DNA of 64,000 nt from Phycisphaerae bacterium (lineage in GTDB: Bacteria > Planctomycetota > Phycisphaerae > UBA1845): contig CAXXGO010000006.1 of assembly GCA_963666835.2 (NCBI GenBank), positions 1,120,001 to 1,184,000 of the forward strand, given 5' to 3'. The notes under the pieces are model-generated. The model searched no databases. It was not told the DNA's origin and was given only the letters and a program-made list of their open reading frames with translations. The position numbers were made by a program, and so were the translations under genes. Positions 10,050 through 18,600 of this stretch are shown here, piece after piece. The first letter of the stretch is position 1; each line of letters begins with the position of its first letter.

Positions 10050-13000
10050 GTGCTCGTGACAGTCCGAATAGTTTTCAAGATTGCGGTGATAGGTCTCTTC
10101 TTGACCTCGACGAACATCGCGCAGGCTCAAACCAAGAACGATGATCGGGGCAAAGCCTCTGCGACCAAGAGCGCAGCGAACGAGCTGGGTGCTCCTCCGC
10201 CCGGACACATGGAAGTGCCGAACGATCCGTACCTTCCGGTCTCCCGAGAGAAGCAGGCTACGGGTCCTGCCGGATACTGGAGCCGTGACGGCTACGAAAG
10301 CGTGCAGGTAAACGTAGGACCCGGTGGGGTGAACATCCTGAACGACGCGGCCAACGAGCCATCGATCGCGGTTGATCCCAACGATCCCAATCGCATGGCA
10401 ATCGGGTGGCGGCAGTTCGACAACATTGCGAGCGACTTCAGGCAGGCGGGCTACGGCTACACCGACGACGGCGGACGTACCTGGACCTTCCCCGGTGCGA
10501 TTGAGCCCGGCGTGTTCCGATCGGACCCGGTATTGTGCGCCGACACCGAAGGCGACTTCTATTACAACAGCCTTACCGCGTCCGGCGACCTGAGCGAGTT
10601 CTGGTGCCACGTCTACAAGTCGACCAACGGAGGGGCCACCTGGGACGCCGGGACCTACGCTTACGGTGGTGACAAGCAGTGGATGGTTGTCGATCTGAAC
10701 GATGGAATCGGGCAGAACAATATGTATGCCTATTGGACGCGGTGGTACACGTGCCCGGGTTGCTCCGGGCATTTCACCCGTTCGTACAACGGCGGACAGA
10801 GCTTCCTGCCCACGATCAACGTCGACGGAAACCCGCTGTGGGGCACGCTGGCCGTCGGACCGGACAGCGAACTTTACATCGCCGGGGACGGCTTCACCGT
10901 AACGAAGTCCTCGACAATGTACGACGAGGGCCTGACCCCTCAATGGGATTTCACAAGGACCGTAGACCTCGACGGCAGTATGTCGTCCAGCGGCGGTCCG
11001 AACCCCGGCGGTTTGCTTGGACAGGTCTGGATCGCGGTCGATCACTCCGACGGTCCGAGTCGCGGCTATGTCTATCTGTTGTGCTCGGTGAACCGGTCTT
11101 CAACTTCCGACCCGCTCGACGTCATGTTCTCCCGCAGCACCGACGGCGGATCGACCTGGAGTGCTCCGGTGCGGGTCAACGACGATCCGGAGGGTAACGG
11201 GGCTTACCAGTGGTTCGGCACGATGTCCGTAGCTCCGAATGGCCGCATTGATGTCATCTGGAACGACACGCGGGCGAACCCGGGGACGTATCTCTCCGAG
11301 CTGTACTACTCCTATTCCGACGACGCCGGCGTAACCTGGTCGGTCAACGAAGCCCTCAGCCCCGCGTTTGACCCGCATGTGGGCTGGCCCGTGCAGCAGA
11401 AGATGGGCGACTACTTCGATATGGTGTCGGACGATATGGGAGCCAACCTGGCGTATGCGGCGACCTTCAACGGCGAGGAGGATGTCTACTTCATCCGCAT
11501 CGGCGATCCTTACTGTATGGAAGCCGGCACGGTTGAGGCGAAGCGGAATCGATACTCGTGCGAAGACAGCGTAACCGTCACCGTGCTGGATTGCGGTCTT
11601 AACCTGGACGACGAGACGGTTGAGTTCGTCACCGTGGATGTGGACTCCGACTCCGAGACGGGGGTGGAGCAGATCGTCCTCACGGAGACCGCAGCTTCGA
11701 CGGCTCGGTTCGAGGGTTCGATTATCATAAGTGCCACCGATGCGAGTGGGACGCTGCTGGTTGAAGACGGGGACCTAATCACTGTGACCTATACCGATGC
11801 CGATGACGGGCTCGGAGGGACGAATGTGCCGGTTACGGACACGGCGGCCGTGGACTGCGTCGCCCCTTCGATTTCAAGCATCACGGTAACGGACATCGAG
11901 GCCCACAGCGCCACGGTCGCATTCGATGCCAATGAGCCGGTGCGCGGAACGGTCCGTTATGGAACCGCATGTGCCGCGCTCGGGGAGTCTGCGGAAGGCA
12001 GCGGCTACCATCTGTTTCCGACGGTGAACTTGACGGATCTGCCGGAAGACACGCTGCACTACTTCGCTGTTGATGCGGAGGATGAGGCCGGCAATCCAGT
12101 TACCGACGACAATGGCGGTTCCTGCTACACGTTCACTACTACCGACATTCCCAACTACTTTACGGAGAACTTCGATTCCGCCGCGAACGATCTGGAAAAC
12201 TCGACTCTCGTGTTTACTCCCGATGGTTCGGTGGACTTCTACCACGGATGTGCGGAGCCGATCACGGATGCGCAGTTCCCCACTGATCCGACCGGGGGGA
12301 CTTCGCTGAGTATCGGCGAGGACGACTACGCGACGGTTACTTTGACCGGCGGCGCAGACGTCTCATTGTACGGCACGTCGTACACGACGTTCTACGTCGG
12401 TGGAAACGGCTACATCACCTTCAACTCCGGCGATGACGACTGGGATGAGACCTTGGCGGAGCATTTCAACCAGCCGAGGATTTCCGTGTTATACGACGAC
12501 TTCAGCCCGCAGGACGGCGGTCCGGTTAGCTGGAAACAGCTTGCAGATCGCGTCGCGGTTACGTTCGAAAACGTCCCCGAGTACAACACTTCGGACTACA
12601 GCAACTTCCAGGTGGAGATGTTCTTCAACGGGTCGATCGTGTTGAGCTACCTTGCCGTTGAAGCGGACGACGGAATTGTGGGGCTGTCCAACGGCGGAGG
12701 ATTGCCGGTGGATTACTTCGATACAGATCTTTCCGAGCTGGGAAGCTGTTTCGTCGACTGCAACGAAAACGGGATCCTCGATGCGGATGACATCGCCGGC
12801 GGAACCAGTGAGGACTGCAACAGCAACCTCATCCCGGATGAGTGCGATCTGGCGGATCTGACCAGCTTGGACTGCAATGCCAACGACATCCCCGACGAGT
12901 GCGACATAGCGGAAGGGACCAGCCGGGACACCAACGGCAACATTGTTCCCGACGAGTGCGAGCTGGGGCCGCCTGTGATGCCGGGGGCGCCGCACGATAC

Positions 13001-13559
13001 TCCGAAGAACCGCTACCTGTCCTTCCATCCCAATTGCGCCGACCTTCGTACGGCGTTTCAGGTGGAATTGACCAGTAGCACGCACTTCCCCGGTTCAGTG
13101 GGAGTGGTTGGCTGGGTCGGTTCGGTCGATGAGAACGGCGTTGCCCGGGTGGTGGATGCCCCTTACTACAACCGGAACTGGGAAGAGCTGGTACACCTCG
13201 GTGCCTGCGAGATCGTGCCCGCGGCCTCGTATGCGATTCGGGCCACCGTCGACGGAACCAGTTTCAGCGATGCCCTGGAGATTCCTACTACTTCAGAACC
13301 GAGCCCCAAGAAGTGGGCCGACTGTGTCGGTAGTTTTGATGGCGCAGTTTGGAGCGCGCCGAATGGCGTGGTCAGTATGGATGACATCATGGCAGCGGTT
13401 CAGCGGTTCCAGTCCAGTCCCACGGCCCCGGAGATGACCTGGGTGGACGTGGACGGCGAGGATCCCAACTTCGTATTGAACATGACCGATGTGATGCGGG
13501 TCGTCCAAGGTTTCCAGGGACTGGACTACCCGTTCAGTGATCCGGCGGATTGCCCGTAG
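10050..13559 (+). CDS. Secreted BNR/Asp-box (sialidase-like beta-propeller) multidomain protein with FN3-like and NIDO-like domains, DCNxN repeats and C-terminal dockerin-like module
   Basis: Signal peptide; Asp-boxes YTDDGGRTW, STNGGATW, SYNGGQSF, STDGGSTW, SDDAGVTW; YVGGNGYITF...NFQVEMFFNGSI; C-terminal KNRYLSF...WADCVG...PNGVVSMDDI...PNFVLNMTDV module. Confidence 0.8.
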   Translation: MLVTVRIVFKIAVIGLFLTSTNIAQAQTKNDDRGKASATKSAANELGAPPPGHMEVPNDPYLPVSREKQATGPAGYWSRDGYESVQVNVGPGGVNILNDAANEPSIAVDPNDPNRMAIGWRQFDNIASDFRQAGYGYTDDGGRTWTFPGAIEPGVFRSDPVLCADTEGDFYYNSLTASGDLSEFWCHVYKSTNGGATWDAGTYAYGGDKQWMVVDLNDGIGQNNMYAYWTRWYTCPGCSGHFTRSYNGGQSFLPTINVDGNPLWGTLAVGPDSELYIAGDGFTVTKSSTMYDEGLTPQWDFTRTVDLDGSMSSSGGPNPGGLLGQVWIAVDHSDGPSRGYVYLLCSVNRSSTSDPLDVMFSRSTDGGSTWSAPVRVNDDPEGNGAYQWFGTMSVAPNGRIDVIWNDTRANPGTYLSELYYSYSDDAGVTWSVNEALSPAFDPHVGWPVQQKMGDYFDMVSDDMGANLAYAATFNGEEDVYFIRIGDPYCMEAGTVEAKRNRYSCEDSVTVTVLDCGLNLDDETVEFVTVDVDSDSETGVEQIVLTETAASTARFEGSIIISATDASGTLLVEDGDLITVTYTDADDGLGGTNVPVTDTAAVDCVAPSISSITVTDIEAHSATVAFDANEPVRGTVRYGTACAALGESAEGSGYHLFPTVNLTDLPEDTLHYFAVDAEDEAGNPVTDDNGGSCYTFTTTDIPNYFTENFDSAANDLENSTLVFTPDGSVDFYHGCAEPITDAQFPTDPTGGTSLSIGEDDYATVTLTGGADVSLYGTSYTTFYVGGNGYITFNSGDDDWDETLAEHFNQPRISVLYDDFSPQDGGPVSWKQLADRVAVTFENVPEYNTSDYSNFQVEMFFNGSIVLSYLAVEADDGIVGLSNGGGLPVDYFDTDLSELGSCFVDCNENGILDADDIAGGTSEDCNSNLIPDECDLADLTSLDCNANDIPDECDIAEGTSRDTNGNIVPDECELGPPVMPGAPHDTPKNRYLSFHPNCADLRTAFQVELTSSTHFPGSVGVVGWVGSVDENGVARVVDAPYYNRNWEELVHLGACEIVPAASYAIRATVDGTSFSDALEIPTTSEPSPKKWADCVGSFDGAVWSAPNGVVSMDDIMAAVQRFQSSPTAPEMTWVDVDGEDPNFVLNMTDVMRVVQGFQGLDYPFSDPADCP

Positions 13560-13570
13560 GACCGACGAGG

Positions 13571-13950
13571 CCAATAGTACTAACCTTGGCAGACGAGACG
13601 AGAGAGTCCTCTCTGATCTGATGTGCGGACTGCCTCCCGTCCGAGTACGCCAACGGCGTTCCGTCCTCCAGCCCAGGGTTGCCGCGCAGCGGCTACCCTG
13701 GGATTACGGTCAGATGGGAGACCTACCCTGACGGGGTTGCGGCGTGGTGGCGAGACCTTCGAAGCCGATTGTAGTCGACGGTGTGTGGCCATTCGGGCAA
13801 TCTCTGACAATGTCCGCCGACCCTTCGGGACGGGAGCACGTGGGGAGCGATCTCACCGACGGGTTCCGCTTCGCTCCACCCGTGGCTACTCGCCTTCGTC
13901 CCTTCGGGACGAGTTACCGCACGATTGCCTAACGAAGTTAGTACCATTGG
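13571..13950. repeat. Intergenic element bounded by imperfect inverted repeats and filled with REP-like palindromes (MITE-like)
   Basis: Left CCAATAGTACTAACCT versus right (reverse complement) CCAATGGTACTAACTT. Internal CCCAGGGTTGCCGCGCAGCGGCTACCCTGGG and two CCCTTCGGGACG copies. Confidence 0.5.
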
Positions 13951-13967
13951 GCTCAGCCCGACGCAAA

Positions 13968-15203
13968 CTACTGGGCGGCATTGATCAGCACGGGACCGCC
14001 CGGACATGCCGGCCGGCTGTCGGCCGAGCTTGTGGCCTTGTCTCCCCAGTTTGTGCCGCAGCCCATGCCCGTTGATACGCGTCCGTACCCGTTCCATGCG
14101 AGCCCGGTGAAGATCCCCTCGGCCGGGAGGGTGTCGATCTGCCAACCGTCCCCGCGGATGATTATGCAAGCCGAGGTGTTCTGCCGTTCCGGATCGTCGG
14201 GGAAGACCAGTTCAATCCTGTAGTGCTGGGAATAACCGGCGCTATCCTCCGTACCCTCGATGAACACCTTCTGCGTCGCCACATGCCCGTCAACAAACGC
14301 GCGGTTGAACGTCCAGTTTCTGCCGTGCCAGCCGCGAACCGCCTTCGTGGGGCCGGGGTCCACGGCGAGGCCGGGTATGGTGCTCTCGCATTTTGGTGCC
14401 ATATTCCTGCAATTCCACGCGAACCGGCCGATGTTCTCCTCGTACCTTATGGTCCGCGCAGGATTCGGAACGCGCGATACGGGACGCAGATACGGTGAGT
14501 TGCTGTAGACCGGACCACCGCCTACGTACGAACTGCAGAACGTATTCGCAGAGAAGCTGGTACCGAAGTGATCGTAAGACGAACGGTTCGGGTTCGCTAT
14601 CCAACTCGGACAGTGAGCCCCGCTGGGAGCGCCGTCGTCGGCCGGACAGCGATAGGCATCTAGCGACAACTTCGTGTCGCTCGTACATCCGTTTCGGTCC
14701 CACCCTGTTGAGGTGTTAAGACTGTCCTTGAAGCCCAGCGGATACAGAATCGAATTCAATGGCCTGGTCGACGGCCCGAACCCGGCCTTGGTGCCGTACC
14801 TGCTGGTCAGATAGGCGTAGTAACCAGTTGGGCCGATCACGAACCCCGTTGCCCCAATGCCCGACTTACCGCCCCATTCATAGGGCCCAACCCAGACCGG
14901 GTCGTTCGGGTCTTGGCTGAACTGGGTTGCATGAACCGGGATGCTCCACCCGTTCGGATCTTCGGCAATGTATATCCGGGTCGCCTGGCCGATCGTACCC
15001 AGGCGGCTTGTGCATACGCTATGTTTGGACCGGTTGCGGGCAACCTGCAATGACGGACCGACAATCGCAAACAGCAGAATCCCGATCGCCCCGATCACGC
15101 CCAACTCCACCAATGAGAACGCCGGACGATGCGAACGAGGAAGCGGCCCGAAAAGGCCCCCGGAGACCGCCATTCTGCGTCGATAAACCACCCGTGGTTT
15201 CAT
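13968..15203 (-). CDS. Prepilin-type N-terminal / DUF1559-like (H-X9-DG) protein
   Basis: SD GGAGG before ATG 15203; AFSLVELGVIGAIGILLFAIVGPSL..AR methylation-type motif; YRCPAD; WHGRNWTFNRAFVDGHV. Confidence 0.8.
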   Translation of the reverse strand: MKPRVVYRRRMAVSGGLFGPLPRSHRPAFSLVELGVIGAIGILLFAIVGPSLQVARNRSKHSVCTSRLGTIGQATRIYIAEDPNGWSIPVHATQFSQDPNDPVWVGPYEWGGKSGIGATGFVIGPTGYYAYLTSRYGTKAGFGPSTRPLNSILYPLGFKDSLNTSTGWDRNGCTSDTKLSLDAYRCPADDGAPSGAHCPSWIANPNRSSYDHFGTSFSANTFCSSYVGGGPVYSNSPYLRPVSRVPNPARTIRYEENIGRFAWNCRNMAPKCESTIPGLAVDPGPTKAVRGWHGRNWTFNRAFVDGHVATQKVFIEGTEDSAGYSQHYRIELVFPDDPERQNTSACIIIRGDGWQIDTLPAEGIFTGLAWNGYGRVSTGMGCGTNWGDKATSSADSRPACPGGPVLINAAQ

Positions 15204-15670
15204 GATCGCCCTCCAAACAGCAGAACCGCAGCACTTGCATTGATGTACACGAGCTGTTATCATACCAACATCGGAGGCGAGCAGTCAACCATTTGTTGAG
15301 GGGAAACCCCACGATCGGCGATGGTGATTGCTCTGGAAGAACGCGAAAGGAGCCGCGCGCTGCACCAGGGGCGAGGGACCCAAAGTCGGGCGCCCCGAGG
15401 GCACAATCATGGTCGTGTTCTGCGGTTTGACCCGTCTGCCGCGACCGATCAACAGAGTTTGCACTTAGGCGTGTCCGGCTTGGCTCATTCCGAAAGTCTC
15501 CACCGGGAACCGTTCGCTTGCTTGAACGGATCCAACGCCGCGTCAGGGCTCTCGATCGACCGATGGGCTCGGCGGCGGTTGTCCGCCGTCAATCGAGGCG
15601 GGCAGCGTCACGTTTCTCGACAGACTGTTGGATGTGTTTCTTGCCGTCGGCACTGAGGGATCAACAGACC

Positions 15671-18600
15671 ATGCGATGCCAGACATTGTCCATACTGATC
15701 GTCTCCATTTGTTTAACTCCATCGGCTTCTTTCGGTAACCAGCGCGCCGGTGACGGTGCTGCCTCGACCTGGCCGGTCGAACTCTCGATGGAGTCACTGT
15801 CCGACGGCGGCGTCGCGTTAGTAGACCCGCCCGGTAATGACGAATGCGTCAATGCGGAACCAATCTCGGGCACGGGGTTGTTTCCATTTGATAACACCGG
15901 GGCAACAGGCAGCTACTGCATATACGACGATGAACGGTATAACGCGTATGACACCGTGTGGTACCTCTGGACATCGCCCTGCGATGGTACGGTTATTGTC
16001 GACACTTGCGGCGGGACCATGGTCGACACCGGGCTGGCCGTATTCGCCGGGAGTGATTGCACAGGACTCACCGATCGATTCCTCGCTGGTGACAACGCGT
16101 CGTGTGGCGGACAGTCGCGGACCTCCTTCACGGCCCAGACCGGTGAGGAATATCTTATTGTCCTCGGGACTGAGTATTCCGCGCATTTTCCTGGCGCATA
16201 CGCGTCGTCCCCAGGCCCGGGCAACTTCGCCATCACCTGCGCAGATCTCCCCGCGGACCCGTCAAGCGGATCCAAGCAGGAGATCTGCCAGCAAAGCGAT
16301 CAATGGGAGGGGTTCACCAGCGATCGGATTGAATCACGCACTGCTGACGACTTTTCGCCCACCGAAGATGGAGAGATCGAACGGGTGCGCTGGTGGGGCA
16401 GCTACTCCGGGGGCGACGGCGACTGCTTCGCGGCAGGATCGGACGCCTTCGAAATCAGCTACTACACGGACGCCGGCGGCGTACCGGGCGAAGTGTTCGC
16501 CGGACCGTTTTCTCAGATCGACGGATCCCTGTCTGTGCGAGGCCCGGCCCGCATCGGCTTAGCGGGCGGAGACGGCTTGGTAGAGGTCGAATACACCGCA
16601 GACCACGAGCCGGTGTTGGTTCTCGCGGGCGAGTGCTACTGGATCGAGATTTCCAACGCCCAGTTGAACGACTGCACTTGGCAATGGCGGGCCGGCCGCG
16701 GCGGCAATCTGCACGCCGTCTGCGACGGACCACCGACCGGGGCGATGGACGGTTACGACACTGCCGACCGGCTTGCCGTGGATTTTGCCTTCGGGCTCGA
16801 CGTACTGCGCTGGCAGGCTTGCGGCAGCAGACCGGCCCCGCTGAACGACGCCTGCGAGAATGCCCTTCCCGTCATCGACGGAGTGACCTACTTCGACACC
16901 GCTACGGCCACTACCGACGGGCCGGTCGAGCCGGACCTCTTCCCGCTGGGCGACCATCAGGTCCACCGCGATGTCTGGTTCAACTACCGGGCCTCGTGCT
17001 CGTCGACCTTGACTGTCAGCGTGTGCGGAAGCGGATTCGATACCAAGTTGGCCGTGTACGATTCCTCCACCTGCCCGCCCTCTGAAGCGGCCATCGCCTC
17101 CAGCGACGAGTTCTGCGGCGATGTCTTGCCCGTTCAGTCACAGGTGTCCTTGCCGACCACGCAGGGCACGTTCTATAAGATTCGAGTGGGCGGCTTCGGC
17201 ACCCAACGGGGCAGCGATTGCTTCGTTGCGCACGATTCTGCCGGATGCTCCGACACCATCTGCCAAAGTGTGGTCTGTGAAGACGCTCCGGGGTGCTGTA
17301 CGCCCGGCTGGGACGACAGTTGCATCGAATTGGCGGTCGAACGCTGCCTGGGGGACATCGGTCCCGGGATGCTGACCATAAGTTGCGGCGACCTCTCGGT
17401 GGAAAGTGACTGCGCGGAGGCGGAGGCCGAGGATCTCCCGGCCACCTTCACGGGCAACAGCGCCAACGCCGCTCGCCAATGCGAACTGGTTCCGGGCAGC
17501 CACACCTGGGTTTCCTTCCGCGTGGCATCTCGGAGCATGGTGACCGTGGACTATTCGGGCACTAACCCGCCTATGCTGGAAGCTGCCGATCTGGTGACCC
17601 GCGGCTGTCCCTGCCGGGAGTCGGAGCAGGCCGCGCTGGTGTCCGTTGACGGCGACGGGAATCGTGCCTTTGTCTGGGACTGCCTCCCGGCCGGGGTCTA
17701 TTATTATCCGGTGCTGTCCGGGCCGGGCTTAGAGGGCGACTACGTAATAAGCGTAACCGCGGAGCCGTGCGTCGACGTCTGCGCAGACGCCACCGGCGAC
17801 TGCTGCGTGGGGCACGATTCCCCCGGATGCGCAGATCCGGACTGCTGCGCGGACCTTTGCGCCTATGATCCCTATTGCTGCACCGACACCTGGGACGACC
17901 TATGCGCCCGCGAGGCTATAGAGATCTGCGTAACGTGCCCCAGCGAGGTCTGCGTCGACGCCGTAGGCGGCTGTTACGAAGCCCACGATTCCCCCGGCTG
18001 CCGCGATCCCGAAGTTTGCCAGGCCGTCTGCGCCTGCGACCCGTACTGTTGCGAATGGGAGTGGGACGAATTCTGCGCCGGCTCCGGTTTGTCCCCCGGC
18101 TGCGGAGCGGATAACGACTGCAACCACAACACGGTGACCGACGTCGCCGACATCATGTTCGGCGGCATCGAGGACCGCGACGGCAATCGCATCCCCGACG
18201 AGTGCGAATCCGACTGCAACGCCAACGGCATCGTCGACGAGTGCGACATCCTCGACGGCACCAGTGAAGACTGTAACCTCAACCGCATCCCCGACGAGTG
18301 TGATCCCGACTGCAACTTCAACCTGATTCCCGACGATCTCGACATCCTGAGCGGTGACAGCAACGACTGCAACGAGAACACGGTCCCCGACGAGTGCGAA
18401 CCGGGGGCCGACTGTAACGGTAACGGCATCCTCGACTTCTGCGATCTCGCTGCGGGAACCAGCGAGGACCAGAACCTCAACGGCATCCCGGACGATTGCG
18501 AACTCAATCATACGTTCTACATCGATGACGACGCCCCGGGCGATCCCGGTCCCGGCGACCCGGAGGTGAGCGATCCGGCGGAGAACGGCACACCGGAACA

